A stretch of DNA of 64,000 nt, taken from positions 454-64,453 of the forward strand of contig CAYRYQ010000002.1 of the NCBI GenBank assembly GCA_964428505.1. Direction: 5' to 3'. Both the position numbers and the translations under genes were made by a program. The notes beneath the pieces were generated by a model. It saw only the letters and a program-made list of their open reading frames with translations, searched no databases and was not told the DNA's origin. Positions 18,627 through 29,762 of this stretch are shown here, in pieces. Source of the DNA: an uncultured Eubacteriales bacterium (GTDB taxonomy: Bacteria > Bacillota > Clostridia > Oscillospirales > QAKW01). Each line of letters begins with the position of its first letter. Position 1 is the stretch's first letter.

Positions 18627-19514
18627 TTAAAATGTAAGCTCTGACAGCAGACCGAAATGATCCGAAACATATTTTCCATCCGGTTTTTCTGTCAGAACCC
18701 GGTAGGAAACCGGCGTAAATCCCCGCTCAAAAACATAGTCGATGAGTTTCTCATCCTCTCCGCCATAATTCTGATAGGTGACCTGCGGATCGCGCTGTTG
18801 ATTCACATCGGTAAAATAGGCGGTCATCTCCTGATAGGCCTTTGCATCCCAGCTCATATTATAATCGGCGGTGCACACGACCGGCATGCTTTGCTCCTTT
18901 GCCCGTGCGATTGTCAGCGCTGCGCTGCCCAGCTGCGGCGCTTCTGTAAAGTCCCAATGCGAATTGAAATGAACAAACTGCTTTCCGGTCGCGCGCTCTG
19001 TCAGCTTGACCCAGGAACAAATGCGGTAATAATCCGCGTCCCATCCTTTGGATTCCTGATCCGGTGTTTCCGAAAGCCAAAAATAACCGGTATCTGCCAG
19101 AGAAAACCGATCCTTCTTATAAAAAATCGGCGTGCCTTCCTGGCTGCCCTTCGCCCGGTATTTTAACACATATTGATACCGGCCCCCCAGTCTTTCCTGC
19201 AGAATCTCCATCCATTCGGGAACCGCCTCCTGAAAGCCGATCACATCCGGATCGCACTGATCCAACACAGCCATCAGCCGCTCTGCGCGTTCCCGGATGG
19301 TATTGCCGTTCTTATCGTCACCGCAACGCAGATTATAGGAAACAATTTTAATGGAAGAGGGTCCCTCCGCCGCCGGGCCGGTATAAACAAACCCTTCCGG
19401 TATTGTGCTGGCAGCCTCCTGGCTTTGGGCCAGAGCGCTTTTCCCACTGCCTGCGCAGCCCGCCGCCAGCAGGCAGACGATTGCCATCATCAGGGCCAGT
19501 ACTCTCTTTTTCAT
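18627..19514 (-). CDS. EEP family lipoprotein
   Basis: 295 aa. Lipobox LLAAGC. EEP motifs YNLR, GFQEA, FNSHWDF, TADYN, VSDHFG. Confidence 0.8.
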   Translation of the reverse strand: MKKRVLALMMAIVCLLAAGCAGSGKSALAQSQEAASTIPEGFVYTGPAAEGPSSIKIVSYNLRCGDDKNGNTIRERAERLMAVLDQCDPDVIGFQEAVPEWMEILQERLGGRYQYVLKYRAKGSQEGTPIFYKKDRFSLADTGYFWLSETPDQESKGWDADYYRICSWVKLTERATGKQFVHFNSHWDFTEAPQLGSAALTIARAKEQSMPVVCTADYNMSWDAKAYQEMTAYFTDVNQQRDPQVTYQNYGGEDEKLIDYVFERGFTPVSYRVLTEKPDGKYVSDHFGLLSELTF

Positions 19515-19616
19515 GTTGATATCTCCTTTTATCCCTGTTTCCCTGCCACCCGCTTTTTAGGAGCCGCGTGCCGGCTGTTCCGCGCTTAACGGCGATCCCC
19601 TTGCGTTTGAAAACCG

Positions 19617-20639
19617 TCAGAAAACAAATTGATTTCCATAATCCGGATTTTCCAGATGAAACGTGTATTTCATCAGCATCGGGTTGTGGTCCGATGGAAA
19701 TAGGCCACCCGGCCGGTCGGTAATCACCTGATACGAATCCGCCTGCAGCGTTACTTTATTATAGAAGGAAAAGTCAGCCACCGTTCCCTGCTCGGAATAG
19801 TTTTGTGCCGTTGCCGTTGTCAACTTCAGCGCATTGGCGTCTTCCATCTGTTTGGCAAGCGCGGCGTACCCCTTGCTGCCCGCGTTGCTTCCCAAATCCA
19901 CATTGCAAATAATGGCTTTGTTCCAACCGATGGAGTCGCACTTTTCCGCGATCAGCGCCGCGGCCTTTTGTTGGTCTTCCTCCTTTCCGCCGATCTGCGC
20001 ATTAAAAACATACAATATATTTCCTGTTGCTTTTTCCGTGAGTTGCAGCCAGTCGCAATTATATTTCCCCGCCCCGCTCCAGGTGGCCGATTCACTGTCC
20101 GGCGCAGAAGAAAGCCAGAAGCTGCCGCCGGTCACGTCCTGGAATTTTTCTTTTTTGAAAAAGATGGTATTGGCTTTCGATTTGTCGCTTTGATCCGGGT
20201 AGATCAGATAATAATCGTATTGGTCCTTGGCGGGAACCGTCAGAAAGTCCATCCATCCGCTTCCGGCCTCCTGCAGCGTCAGAATATCCGGATTATAGTT
20301 CAGCAGCAGCTGTTTCACCGCTTCGTAGCGTTTGGCATAGCTGCGCTCACCCTCCCCGTTTTCTGAAGCGATATTGAAATTCATGACGGTAAAGGTGTTC
20401 TTTTCCGTTACCACCGGAAATTTGCCAGAAAAGTCCTCCACCACCACCTGATCGCCCGTCTGGGTTTTTACCGTCTCTTTTTCTTCCTGCGCTTCTGTTT
20501 TCTCTCCGGTCTGAATATCGTTCCCGGCCACAACTGCAGGCGGCTGATATCGTGGAATGTCGCCGGATGCTGTCCCACCGGAACAGCCCGATAACACCAT
20601 GCATCCCGCAAGCAGCCCTGCCATCCAAAAACGCTTCAT
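19617..20639 (-). CDS. divergent EEP family lipoprotein
   Basis: Start moved to MKRFWMAGLLAGCMVLSGC (GGAGG 8 nt upstream, lipobox LSGC). It is an EEP fold paralog, but two conserved motifs are altered (FNAQ instead of FNTH, VDLG instead of ADFN). PSDHNP is retained. Confidence 0.7.
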   Translation of the reverse strand: MKRFWMAGLLAGCMVLSGCSGGTASGDIPRYQPPAVVAGNDIQTGEKTEAQEEKETVKTQTGDQVVVEDFSGKFPVVTEKNTFTVMNFNIASENGEGERSYAKRYEAVKQLLLNYNPDILTLQEAGSGWMDFLTVPAKDQYDYYLIYPDQSDKSKANTIFFKKEKFQDVTGGSFWLSSAPDSESATWSGAGKYNCDWLQLTEKATGNILYVFNAQIGGKEEDQQKAAALIAEKCDSIGWNKAIICNVDLGSNAGSKGYAALAKQMEDANALKLTTATAQNYSEQGTVADFSFYNKVTLQADSYQVITDRPGGLFPSDHNPMLMKYTFHLENPDYGNQFVF

Positions 20640-20700
20640 CCTGTTGTCCTCCGTTTCAATCCGATTTTGCGCTCTTTGTGTCCCTTCTTTTTTTATCATT

Positions 20701-20729
20701 ATTATATTATATCTATCCGTAAAGTGCAA
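20701..20729 (-). promoter_or_regulatory. predicted sigma-A promoter of the distal EEP gene
   Basis: On the minus strand, TTGCAC, 17 nt, TATAAT, located between the rplQ terminator and the start at 20639. Confidence 0.45.
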
Positions 20730-20807
20730 CATCTTGTTTTGGAACAAAGGCTTTTTCGTTTCACTTGCGATCCCTCTGGTTCTTCTCCCGGCGGGCCGTT
20801 TACAACG

Positions 20808-20844
20808 CAAAAACGGGGCTCCCGCATAAAGCGGAACCCCGTTT
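20808..20844 (-). terminator. intrinsic terminator after rplQ
   Basis: Imperfect GC-rich stem aaacggggctcccgc / gcggaaccccgttt, with a U-run on the transcript (plus-strand aaaaa at 20808-20812). Confidence 0.55.
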
Positions 20845-20872
20845 GCTAAAAACAGACTAAATCTTTGTACTC

Positions 20873-21214
20873 TTATACCAATTGAATGATCGCCATCTCC
20901 GCGCCATCTCCGCGCCGGGGACCGATTTTCACAATTCTGGTGTATCCGCCATTGCGCTCTTCATAGTTGGGCGCGATCTCGGAAAACAACTTGTGCACCA
21001 CATCTTCTTTGGTAATATACGCAAGCGCCTGCCGCTTGCTGTGCAGCGTGTTGGCCTTGCCCAAGGTGATCATTTTTTCGGTGGCTCTGCCGACTTCCTT
21101 CGCCCGCATCAACGTGGTCTCAACGGAACCGGTTTCCAGCAGATAGGTCACCATCCCTCTGAGCATCGCCTTCCGGTGATCTGTTGGGCGGCCCAGTTTT
21201 CTATATCCGGACAT
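20873..21214 (-). CDS. rplQ: 50S ribosomal protein L17
   Basis: [21 protein letters not shown]... is a canonical L17 N-terminus. Last gene of the alpha operon. Confidence 0.95.
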   Translation of the reverse strand: MSGYRKLGRPTDHRKAMLRGMVTYLLETGSVETTLMRAKEVGRATEKMITLGKANTLHSKRQALAYITKEDVVHKLFSEIAPNYEERNGGYTRIVKIGPRRGDGAEMAIIQLV

Positions 21215-21244
21215 GAGTAAACCTCCTTTGCAAATCAGTAAAAA

Positions 21245-22195
21245 TTATTCGTCGTCCTTCTTCAGCGAAAGACCAAGGGATGCAATCTTGCCGATTACTT
21301 CGTCTAAAGACTTTCTGCCCAGATTGCGCACCTTCATCATGTCCTCTTCGCTTTTGTTGATCAGATCCTCTACCGTATTGATTCCGGCCCGCTTCAAGCA
21401 GTTGAAAGAACGTACGGAAAGATCCAGTTCTTCAATGGTCATGCGCAGCGCGGTGATGGTACGGGATTCTTCCTTTTCCACCATGATTTCCGCATTCTTC
21501 GCCTTTTCGGAAAGGTCAATAAATAATGAAAGATGCTCATTCATGACTTTGGCCGCCAGAGACACGGCATCGCTGGCAGAGGTGACGGAGTTGGTCCAAA
21601 CCTCCAGCGTCAGCTTATCAAAGTCGGTAATCTGCCCTACACGGGTGTTTTCCACCTTGTAGTTGACTTTGGTTACCGGGGAAAAATCACTGTCCACCAC
21701 CAGCATATTGGGCTGATTTTCAGTATAAGCCTTATTTTTATCTGCCGACACATAGCCGCGGCCATGATCAATGACCAGCTCCATGTTTAAAACGGCGCCA
21801 TCACCCAGCGTTGCCAGCACATGGTCGGGATTCAAAATCTCTACGTCGCTGTCTGCCTTAATGTCTCCGGCAGTCACCACACAGGGCCCTTTGGCTTCAA
21901 TATATACCGTTTTCTGTTCGTCACAATAAAGCTTCGGGATAATCCCCTTGATATTCAGCACGATCTCGGTTACATCTTCCTTGATCCCATCGATGGTGGT
22001 GAATTCATGGGGAACATCATTGATTTTTGCCGCGACAACTGCGCAGCCAGGCAGGGAGGAAAGCAGAATCCGGCGGAGAGAGTTTCCCAGAGTGAGGCCA
22101 TAGCCCCGCTCCAAAGGATCAGCAATAAAACGGCCATACTCGCCGTTTTCGCCGATCACCTCCGTTTCAATCCGGGGTCTTTCTATCTCGATCAT
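21245..22195 (-). CDS. rpoA: DNA-directed RNA polymerase subunit alpha
   Basis: [10 protein letters not shown]...[23 protein letters not shown]. Start set at MIEIE (AAGGAGG 8 nt upstream) rather than the track start at 22216. Confidence 0.95.
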   Translation of the reverse strand: MIEIERPRIETEVIGENGEYGRFIADPLERGYGLTLGNSLRRILLSSLPGCAVVAAKINDVPHEFTTIDGIKEDVTEIVLNIKGIIPKLYCDEQKTVYIEAKGPCVVTAGDIKADSDVEILNPDHVLATLGDGAVLNMELVIDHGRGYVSADKNKAYTENQPNMLVVDSDFSPVTKVNYKVENTRVGQITDFDKLTLEVWTNSVTSASDAVSLAAKVMNEHLSLFIDLSEKAKNAEIMVEKEESRTITALRMTIEELDLSVRSFNCLKRAGINTVEDLINKSEEDMMKVRNLGRKSLDEVIGKIASLGLSLKKDDE

Positions 22196-22270
22196 ATCTA
22201 AAACCTCCTTATTCATTTCACACAGGTGAGTCCTATTTAAAACATCTTAACCCTTTGGAAGTTCCGCGGA

Positions 22271-22891
22271 TTACTTGGAATACAACTCGACAATCAGATG
22301 CTTTTCGATCGGGAGGTCGATATCTTCCGCCTCAGCTAAACCAACCACCTTGGCCGTGGTTCCGTTCAACTCCAGCCATTTCACGACTGCGCGCTTTTCG
22401 TTTGCTTCGAGAATCGCTTTGATTTTGGCAGAGTTCATGCTGCCTTCTCTCACCGCGATAGTATCTCCCACATTCAAAAGCAGGGAAGGAATGTTGACTT
22501 TCTTACCGTTTACGGTAAAGTGCCCGTGACGGACCAACTGCCGCGCCTCGGGTCTGGACATAGCAAAGCCTAACCTGTAGATCACGTTGTCCAATCTGCT
22601 CTCCACAATGGATAACAAATTGTCACCGGTAACGCCCTGTTTCTTTTCCGCTAATTCAAAATACTTGGCGAATTGGCTTTCCAAAACGCCATAATATCTT
22701 CTGACCTTTTGCTTCTCTCTGAGCTGCAAGCCATACTCAGATACTTTCTTTCTGCCCTGACCGTGCTGGCCGGGGGCGTAAGCGCGGCGCGTAATGGCAC
22801 ACTTATCGGAATAGCAGCGCTCGCCCTTTAAGAACAGCTTCTGCCCTTCTCTGCGGCATTGACGGCAAACAGCGCCAGTATATCTAGCCAT
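22271..22891 (-). CDS. rpsD: 30S ribosomal protein S4
   Basis: [26 protein letters not shown]... Operon position. Confidence 0.95.
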   Translation of the reverse strand: MARYTGAVCRQCRREGQKLFLKGERCYSDKCAITRRAYAPGQHGQGRKKVSEYGLQLREKQKVRRYYGVLESQFAKYFELAEKKQGVTGDNLLSIVESRLDNVIYRLGFAMSRPEARQLVRHGHFTVNGKKVNIPSLLLNVGDTIAVREGSMNSAKIKAILEANEKRAVVKWLELNGTTAKVVGLAEAEDIDLPIEKHLIVELYSK

Positions 22892-22906
22892 ATCTCGTTC
22901 TCCTCC

Positions 22907-23305
22907 TTATACTCTTCTTCTTTTCGGGGGTCTGCAGCCGTTGTGGGGGATCGGGGTCACATCCTTGATCAGGGTGATTTCCAGACCCGCCGTCTGCAGC
23001 GCACGAATCGCAGCTTCACGACCGGCGCCGGGCCCCTTCACATATACTTCAACGGTCTTGAGCCCGTGCTCCATCGCCGCCTTCGCAGCCTGCTCCGCAG
23101 CCATCTGCGCAGCAAACGGGGTGCTCTTTCTGGAGCCCTTAAAGCCCATACCGCCGGAGCTGGCCCAGGAAAGTGCATTTCCGTTTACATCGGAAATGGT
23201 GACCAGGGTGTTATTAAAGGTAGAGCGAATGTGAGCGGCTCCACGTTCAATATTCTTTTTAACGCGGCGTTTACCGGTTACTTTTTTAACAGTTTTAGCA
23301 GCCAT
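22907..23305 (-). CDS. rpsK: 30S ribosomal protein S11
   Basis: [30 protein letters not shown]...[16 protein letters not shown]. Confidence 0.95.
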   Translation of the reverse strand: MAAKTVKKVTGKRRVKKNIERGAAHIRSTFNNTLVTISDVNGNALSWASSGGMGFKGSRKSTPFAAQMAAEQAAKAAMEHGLKTVEVYVKGPGAGREAAIRALQTAGLEITLIKDVTPIPHNGCRPPKRRRV

Positions 23306-23318
23306 TCTTCTTCACTCC

Positions 23319-23684
23319 TTACTTCTTCTTATTTGCCATGGTTTTTCTGGGGCCTTTTCTGGTGCGGGCGTTTGTTTTTGATCTTTGACCCCGAACAGGT
23401 AAACCTTTTCTATGTCTAGAGCCTCTGTAGCATCCGATTTCAATCAGACGCTTGATGTCTAAAGCAACATTTCTTCTCAGGTCGCCTTCCACAACATATC
23501 CGTCCATTGCGGCGCGGATCGCGGCAACTTCTTCTTCGGTCAGATCCTTTACACGGGTGTCTGGATTGACTTTTGCCGCGGCCAAGATGTTGTTGGAGCT
23601 TTTACGGCCGATGCCGTAGATATAGGTCAAGCCGATTTCAACGCGCTTTTCTTTCGGTAAATCGATACCAGAAATTCTTGCCAT
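23319..23684 (-). CDS. rpsM: 30S ribosomal protein S13
   Basis: [26 protein letters not shown]... Confidence 0.95.
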   Translation of the reverse strand: MARISGIDLPKEKRVEIGLTYIYGIGRKSSNNILAAAKVNPDTRVKDLTEEEVAAIRAAMDGYVVEGDLRRNVALDIKRLIEIGCYRGSRHRKGLPVRGQRSKTNARTRKGPRKTMANKKK

Positions 23685-23715
23685 TTGGTTACTACACCTC
23701 CATTTTTGTCAAGCA

Positions 23716-24073
<358 letters not shown>

Positions 24074-24091
24074 AGGTCCTCCTAATTAACC

Positions 24092-24325
24092 TCAAAACGA
24101 GGAAAGACTTTTTCTGATCAGGCGGTTGGTCGCCGGTACGGCGGGAAGCATCCCCAAATACTGCAAGTGCTTCCTGCTCTTCCGTTTGAGGCGCTCCAGC
24201 CTGCGGCGTCTGCCGTTGGCGATCAACACCTGGCCATTATTTAAATCTTGTACGACAACAAATTTTAAACCTCGGTCTTTGCCGGCGATGGATAATACCA
24301 CCGCGCCGCTTTTATAGCAGTCCAT
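24092..24325 (-). CDS. KOW-domain small RNA-binding protein
   Basis: 77 aa. KOW-like GAVVLSIAGKDRGLKFVVV followed by a basic tail. Located between map and infA, as seen in many Clostridia. Confidence 0.6.
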   Translation of the reverse strand: MDCYKSGAVVLSIAGKDRGLKFVVVQDLNNGQVLIANGRRRRLERLKRKSRKHLQYLGMLPAVPATNRLIRKSLSSF

Positions 24326-24334
24326 ATGCGTTTT

Positions 24335-25084
24335 TCAGACTTGGGTCAGAATATGACCGCAAGTTTCGTCAATAAAGAAAGTGTGCTCGTAATGAGCGCT
24401 GAGCTTCCGGTCCGCCGTAGTCACCGTCCAGCCGTCTTCCCCAACCACTACTTCATCGGTACCCTGATTGATCATCGGCTCAATTGCCACCGTTGCCCCT
24501 TTCGGAAGACGAAAGCCGTGGCCTTCCCGTCCGTAGTTTGGCACATTGGGATCCTCATGCAGCGCCCGGCCAACGCCGTGCCCCACATAATCTTTAACCG
24601 GAGTAAACCCGAACCGCTGCACATAGCTTTCAATGCAGTGGCCGATATCCCCCAGCCGCACCCCGTCGCACAGCAGCTTCTGCGCGCGCGCCAGGCTCTC
24701 CCGGGTGACCTCCACCAACTGGCGCGCTTCCGGCGACACATTTCCCACCAAAAAGGTATTGGCCGTGTCTCCGTGATACCCGCCAATATAGGCGCCCACA
24801 TCCACGCTCACAATGTCTCCGTCGCGGATCACTTCGTGCTCCGAAGGAATCCCGTGAATCACCACCTCATTGATGGAAATACACGCAGCCGCCGGAAAAC
24901 CACCATAACCTTTAAAGGAGGGGATTGCGCCGTGAGAACGGATATAGTGGTCCACAACCTGGTTCAGTTCCTTGGTGGTCATGCCGGGTCTAACGGCTTC
25001 CCCCGCGGCCAGGAGCGCACCGGCGGCAATTGCCCCGGCTTTGCGCATTTGGCGGATCTCACTGTCCGACTTGATGATCATCAT
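24335..25084 (-). CDS. map: type I methionine aminopeptidase
   Basis: 249 aa. Metal ligand context [32 protein letters not shown]. Its ATG overlaps the adk TGA. Confidence 0.9.
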   Translation of the reverse strand: MMIIKSDSEIRQMRKAGAIAAGALLAAGEAVRPGMTTKELNQVVDHYIRSHGAIPSFKGYGGFPAAACISINEVVIHGIPSEHEVIRDGDIVSVDVGAYIGGYHGDTANTFLVGNVSPEARQLVEVTRESLARAQKLLCDGVRLGDIGHCIESYVQRFGFTPVKDYVGHGVGRALHEDPNVPNYGREGHGFRLPKGATVAIEPMINQGTDEVVVGEDGWTVTTADRKLSAHYEHTFFIDETCGHILTQV

Positions 25085-25722
25085 TTTAAAAACGCCTCGA
25101 TCGCTTCAAAAGTTGCTTTCGTGGTATCGGCCACTTCTTCCCGGCCTTCCACTGTAACCAGTTTGCCCCTGGCCCCATAATAGGCCTTAAGAGGCTCACA
25201 GATTTCGTGATAAGTTTTCAGTCGGTCCAATACCGTCTCGGGCCGGTCATCTGCACGGACGATCAGCTCGGTGCCGCACTCATCACAATGTTTGTTATCT
25301 TTAGAGGGCTTATAGTCCACATGATAGGTCATGCCGCAGGCCGGGCAAACCCGTCTGCCGCTCATGCGTTTTACAATCTTTTCATCCGGCACTTCCAGCG
25401 ACAGGGCAAGATCAATCTGAATCCCCATCTGTTCCAAAGCGTCCGCCTGCGGAATCGTTCTTGGAAAGCCGTCCAGAATAAACCCGTTTTTGCAGTCTTC
25501 TTCCGCCAGACGTTCTTGGATCATGCCGATCACGGTTTCATCGGGTACTAGCTTGCCAGCATCCATCAGGCTTTTTGCCTGAAGCCCCAGTTCTGTGCCG
25601 TTATGGATCGCGGCACGAATCATGTTGCCCGTAGAAATCGTCGGAATGTTATAATGTCCTGAAATGTTTTCGGCCTGCGTGCCCTTGCCGGCACCCGGCG
25701 CACCTAAAAGAATCAATTTCAT
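25081..25722 (-). CDS. adk: adenylate kinase (zinc-lid type)
   Basis: [19 protein letters not shown]-loop. Lid with CPACG...CDECG. Start set at MKLILLG rather than the track start at 25743. Confidence 0.9.
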   Translation of the reverse strand: MKLILLGAPGAGKGTQAENISGHYNIPTISTGNMIRAAIHNGTELGLQAKSLMDAGKLVPDETVIGMIQERLAEEDCKNGFILDGFPRTIPQADALEQMGIQIDLALSLEVPDEKIVKRMSGRRVCPACGMTYHVDYKPSKDNKHCDECGTELIVRADDRPETVLDRLKTYHEICEPLKAYYGARGKLVTVEGREEVADTTKATFEAIEAFLK

Positions 25723-25735
25723 GCGCGCACCATCC

Positions 25736-27031
25736 TTATTCAAGGAAGCCCTTGTAGTGACGCATCAACATCTGAGACTCCAGCGTCTTCACCGTCTCCA
25801 ATGCCACGCCTACTACGATCAGCAGCGTGGTGCCACCGATGGCCACAGAAGACAGATGGGAATTAAGCATCGCAACAAAGTTCGGAACCGCCGAAACAAT
25901 TCCCAGGAAAATGGCGCCGATCAGGGTGACACGGTTCAAACTCTTGGTAATGAAATCCGCGGTGGGCTTTCCGGGACGAATACCCATGATAAAGCCGCCG
26001 TTTTTCTTCAGGTTATTCGAAACCTCCACCGGATTAAAGGTGATGATCGTATAGAAATAGCTGAAGAACAGAATCAACAGAAACATTACAACGGTGTAGA
26101 GCCAGCCGCCAACGTTGATGGTAGAGACCACCTTGCCGAACCATCCCTTATTCGCAGCGGGGAAGAAATTCGCAATCGTAGGAGGCAGCATCACAAAGGA
26201 CTGCGCAAAGATGATCGGCATAACGCCGGTCATATTGACCTTCAGCGGGATATTGGTATTCTGCCCGCCATAAAGCTTACGCCCCTTCACCTGCTTGGCA
26301 TACTGCACCGGGATCCGGCGTTCGCCATTGGTGACAAACACCACGAAGGCAACCATGGCCAGAATCCCGACCAGGAAGAGAATCGCCACAATCGCATTGA
26401 CTGCGCCGGCCTTGATGTTGGACACAAAAATATTAACCAAGCTGGGAACCCGGGACACGATCCCGGCAAACAGCAAAATGGAAATGCCGTTGCCAATGCC
26501 CTTATCGTTGATCTGCTCGCCCAGCCACATGATAATCGTGGCACCGGCAGCCAGAACAAACACAATCACCAGCGCACCGAAAACGCCCGCGGAATCGGAA
26601 ACGACACTGGCAGCATTTTTCAGCACCGTGTAGTATCCAAAACCCAGCAGGAAAGAGAGGGCGATCGACAGGTAACGGGTCCAGCGTTCCATAATTTTTT
26701 GCCCGCGCTCCCCGTCTTCCTTCATCATCCGCTCCAGCTTGGGGATGGCAACCATCAACAGCTGAATGATAATGGAGGCGTTGATATAGGGAGAAATGGA
26801 CAGCGAAAAGAGCGTTGCCTTTTCCATAGCGCCGCCAGACAAAATGTTCAAATAAGAAAAGATATTGCCGCTCGCAGTATATCCCTGGAACAGGTCATTC
26901 ATGGCCGATACGTCCAGAAATGGAACTGTGATGTTGCAGCCAAGCCGAAAAATCAGAATTACAAATGCGGTGAACAGGATCTTCTTTCTTAAATCCTGGA
27001 CTTTCCAGGCATTTCTGAAGACGCTGAACAT
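25736..27031 (-). CDS. secY: preprotein translocase subunit SecY
   Basis: 431 aa, 10 TM helices. Canonical motifs [15 protein letters not shown] and GIRPGKPT. Operon position. Confidence 0.95.
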   Translation of the reverse strand: MFSVFRNAWKVQDLRKKILFTAFVILIFRLGCNITVPFLDVSAMNDLFQGYTASGNIFSYLNILSGGAMEKATLFSLSISPYINASIIIQLLMVAIPKLERMMKEDGERGQKIMERWTRYLSIALSFLLGFGYYTVLKNAASVVSDSAGVFGALVIVFVLAAGATIIMWLGEQINDKGIGNGISILLFAGIVSRVPSLVNIFVSNIKAGAVNAIVAILFLVGILAMVAFVVFVTNGERRIPVQYAKQVKGRKLYGGQNTNIPLKVNMTGVMPIIFAQSFVMLPPTIANFFPAANKGWFGKVVSTINVGGWLYTVVMFLLILFFSYFYTIITFNPVEVSNNLKKNGGFIMGIRPGKPTADFITKSLNRVTLIGAIFLGIVSAVPNFVAMLNSHLSSVAIGGTTLLIVVGVALETVKTLESQMLMRHYKGFLE

Positions 27032-27032
27032 C

Positions 27033-27473
27033 TTACATCACCTCAACCTTTCCGCCGACAGCTTCGATTTTCTCTTTTGCACCGGCAGTAATTTTATCTG
27101 CCTTCACATTGATCGCTTTGTCAACGGAACCGGTTCCAATTACCTTCAGGCCGCAAAGCGCTTTTTTGGCGATGCCGGCTGCGATAACTGCGTTCATATC
27201 TACAAGATCCCCCGCGTGGAAGGAATTCAGGTCATCCAGGGTAATAACCACGTACTTCTTAGCGAAGATATTGTTAAATCCACGCTTCGGCAGACGTCTT
27301 TGCAAAGGCATCTGCCCGCCTTCAAAGCCAAGACGGATGCTTCCGCCCGAACGGGCCTTCTGCCCTTTATGGCCGCGACCGCCGGTTTTTCCGTTGCCGG
27401 AGCCGGGGCCTCTGCCCTTTCTCTTGGTTTCGCAAGTTGCGCCGTTTGCAGGAGCAAGTTCGTGTAATTTCAT
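27033..27473 (-). CDS. rplO: 50S ribosomal protein L15
   Basis: MKLHELAPANG...RKGRGPGSGNGKTGGRGHKGQKARSG. Confidence 0.95.
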   Translation of the reverse strand: MKLHELAPANGATCETKRKGRGPGSGNGKTGGRGHKGQKARSGGSIRLGFEGGQMPLQRRLPKRGFNNIFAKKYVVITLDDLNSFHAGDLVDMNAVIAAGIAKKALCGLKVIGTGSVDKAINVKADKITAGAKEKIEAVGGKVEVM

Positions 27474-27488
27474 TCTGTTTCCTCCTCC

Positions 27489-27680
27489 TTACTTTACTTC
27501 TTCAACCTGGAGCAGGTGAATAATTTTATTGATTTTACCCTGAGTGGCCGCATTGTCGGGCTGAACGGTAAAATCGTTGATCTTACGCAACCCTAACGCT
27601 TCCGCGGTGGCAATCTGGTCGTCCTTCCGGCCGATCAGGCTCTTGGCCAGGGTGATTTTGATACTTTTAACTTTAGCCAT
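27489..27680 (-). CDS. rpmD: 50S ribosomal protein L30
   Basis: 63 aa, IKITLAKSLIGRKDDQIATAEALGLRK. Confidence 0.9.
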   Translation of the reverse strand: MAKVKSIKITLAKSLIGRKDDQIATAEALGLRKINDFTVQPDNAATQGKINKIIHLLQVEEVK

Positions 27681-27693
27681 CAGTACGCCCCCC

Positions 27694-28197
27694 TTAACCT
27701 AAGATTTCTTCTACGGTCTTGCCGCGCTTTGCGGCAACGGCAGCAGCATCTGAACACGCTGTCAACCCAGCGATCGTTGCATTCACTACGTTTCTCTGAT
27801 TCCGGGAACGCAGCGCCTTTGTCCGGATGTCCCGGATCCCGGCCATTTCCAACACCGCACGCACCGCGCCACCGGCAATCACGCCGGTACCGGGAGCAGC
27901 CGGTTTCATAATGACCATCGAAGCACCGAATTTACCCACAATCTCATGAGGGATCGTCGTATCCTTCAGGCTGACAGCGATCATGTTTTTCTTCGCGTCC
28001 TCCATTCCTTTGCGGATCGCTTCGGGAACTTCTGCCGCTTTGCCAAGTCCGGCTCCCACGTGACCATTGCCGTCACCGACCACGATCAGCGCGGAAAACT
28101 TCATGATCCGGCCGCCCTTTACGGTTTTGGATACCCGGTTCAGGGACACGACTCTCTCTTGAAGGTCAAGCGTGCTTGCGTCAATTAAATTAGCCAT
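27694..28197 (-). CDS. rpsE: 30S ribosomal protein S5
   Basis: [34 protein letters not shown]... Confidence 0.95.
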   Translation of the reverse strand: MANLIDASTLDLQERVVSLNRVSKTVKGGRIMKFSALIVVGDGNGHVGAGLGKAAEVPEAIRKGMEDAKKNMIAVSLKDTTIPHEIVGKFGASMVIMKPAAPGTGVIAGGAVRAVLEMAGIRDIRTKALRSRNQRNVVNATIAGLTACSDAAAVAAKRGKTVEEILG

Positions 28198-28213
28198 TCT
28201 TCTTCTCCTCCAA

Positions 28214-28573
28214 TTAGAATTTCAGTCCGCCTTCACGGGCGCCATCAGCCAGCTCCTGAACCCGGCCATGATAGACAAAACCGCCTCTGTCGAACACAAC
28301 GGTCTCAATCTTCTGATCCAATGCACGTTTCGCCACCAGAACCCCAACCTTTTTAGCGGCCGTTTTGTTTCCGCCGTATTCGTTGAAATCTTTTTCCAGT
28401 GTAGAGGCACTGACCAGCGTCTTCCCGTTTACATCATCAATAATCTGCGCATAAATATGCTTCTCAGAACGAAAAACACAAAGACGGGGGCACTCGGGAG
28501 TTCCGGAGATTTTGGAGCGTACCCGTTTATGTCTTTTAATTCTTGCTGCATTGCTGTCAGGTTTCTTAACCAT
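28214..28573 (-). CDS. rplR: 50S ribosomal protein L18
   Basis: [33 protein letters not shown]...[12 protein letters not shown]. Confidence 0.95.
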   Translation of the reverse strand: MVKKPDSNAARIKRHKRVRSKISGTPECPRLCVFRSEKHIYAQIIDDVNGKTLVSASTLEKDFNEYGGNKTAAKKVGVLVAKRALDQKIETVVFDRGGFVYHGRVQELADGAREGGLKF

Positions 28574-28591
28574 AATCGTTTCCTCCCTTTA

Positions 28592-29137
28592 TTATTTGCC
28601 CTTACCGGCTTTTCCTTCTTTATGCTTCACCACTTCGCCTGCATACCGGATCCCGGCACCCTTATAAGGTTCAGGCGGCCGCTTAAACCGCACGTTTGCA
28701 GCAAAATGGCCCACCAACTGCTTATCAACGCCGGAAATCACGACTTTGTTCTGCGCGGGTACTTCAATGGTGATTCCTTCCACAGGCTCGATCACCACCG
28801 GATGGGAATAGCCTAAGTTCATATTTAAATTCTGGCCCTGCAGCTGCGCTCTGTAACCAACGCCGCGGATCTCCAGCTCTTTGCTGAAGCCCTTGGTCAC
28901 GCCCTCCACCATGTTGGAGACTAAGGTTCTGGTCAGCCCGTGGAGAGAGCGGTGAAGCTTCTCCTCGCTGGGGCGGGTCACCAAAATCTCGTTTCCCTCT
29001 ACCGTAATGGTCATATCGGGATGCATGGTTTTGATTAAGGTGCCCTTCGGGCCCTTTACAGTGATGGTATTGTCACTGTCAACGCTTACTTCTACGCCTG
29101 CGGGAATAGTGATCGGTTTTCTACCAATTCTCGACAT
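28592..29137 (-). CDS. rplF: 50S ribosomal protein L6
   Basis: [17 protein letters not shown]...VKGPKGTL. Confidence 0.95.
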   Translation of the reverse strand: MSRIGRKPITIPAGVEVSVDSDNTITVKGPKGTLIKTMHPDMTITVEGNEILVTRPSEEKLHRSLHGLTRTLVSNMVEGVTKGFSKELEIRGVGYRAQLQGQNLNMNLGYSHPVVIEPVEGITIEVPAQNKVVISGVDKQLVGHFAANVRFKRPPEPYKGAGIRYAGEVVKHKEGKAGKGK

Positions 29138-29149
29138 CAGTTTCCCTCC

Positions 29150-29548
29150 TTACCATACAAAGGCGAGGACTTCGCCGCCTACGCCTAATTTTCTGGCCTG
29201 TTTATCGGTCATCACACCCTTGGATGTGGACACAATGGCAACACCCAGGCCTTTCATCACGCGGGGCATATCCTCATGGCCGGCATAAATCCGAAGACCC
29301 GGCTTGGAAATCCGTTTCAGGCCCTGAATAATTCTGGTCTTGCTCTCCCCGTATTTCAGGGTCAGAACAATATTCCCCTGGTGGCTGTTGTCATCCACCT
29401 TCAAATCCTTGATATAACCCTCATCGAGCAGGATCTGGCAGATGGCCTTCTTCATGTTCGAAGCGGGGATCTCGACGGTCTCATGTTTTGCAGCGTTTGC
29501 ATTCCGGATCCGGGTAAGCAAATCTGCGATAGGATCAGTAATCTGCAT
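29150..29548 (-). CDS. rpsH: 30S ribosomal protein S8
   Basis: [25 protein letters not shown]... Confidence 0.95.
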   Translation of the reverse strand: MQITDPIADLLTRIRNANAAKHETVEIPASNMKKAICQILLDEGYIKDLKVDDNSHQGNIVLTLKYGESKTRIIQGLKRISKPGLRIYAGHEDMPRVMKGLGVAIVSTSKGVMTDKQARKLGVGGEVLAFVW

Positions 29549-29561
29549 CTGTCGCTCCTCC

Positions 29562-29747
29562 TTACCAACTGGCTTTCTTCACTCCGGGAATCTGGCCCTT
29601 ATAAGCCAGTTCACGGAAACAAATTCTGCAAATACCGTAGTCTCTCAGATATGCGTGAGGTCTACCGCAAATTTTGCAACGGTTATACTCTCTCGTGGAG
29701 AATTTCTGGGTTTTTTGCTGCTTTAAAATCATTGCTTTTTTAGCCAT
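29562..29747 (-). CDS. rpsN: 30S ribosomal protein S14 type Z (zinc-binding)
   Basis: 61 aa. [23 protein letters not shown] with two CxxC pairs. Confidence 0.95.
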   Translation of the reverse strand: MAKKAMILKQQKTQKFSTREYNRCKICGRPHAYLRDYGICRICFRELAYKGQIPGVKKASW

Positions 29748-29762
29748 TATAAATTCCCCCTC

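Noticed and set aside
20640-20810. 57-codon N-terminal extension of the fifth EEP gene in the ORF track.
   Set aside because: The extension is basic and low-complexity, and it spans the predicted promoter and the rplQ terminator. The internal start has a GGAGG RBS and begins a proper lipoprotein signal peptide.
25664-26992. Very long plus-strand ORFs antisense to conserved genes: 442 aa opposite secY, plus 6948-8105 opposite rhaA, 53261-54550 opposite the Fe-ADH, 33221-34264 opposite rplB, and 30523-31512 opposite rplX-rpsQ.
   Set aside because: Each lies exactly opposite a gene with unmistakable family motifs. Their translations are Arg/His/Gln/Pro/Gly-rich and low in complexity, and they have no RBS. 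Long stop-free antisense frames are expected in GC-rich coding DNA.
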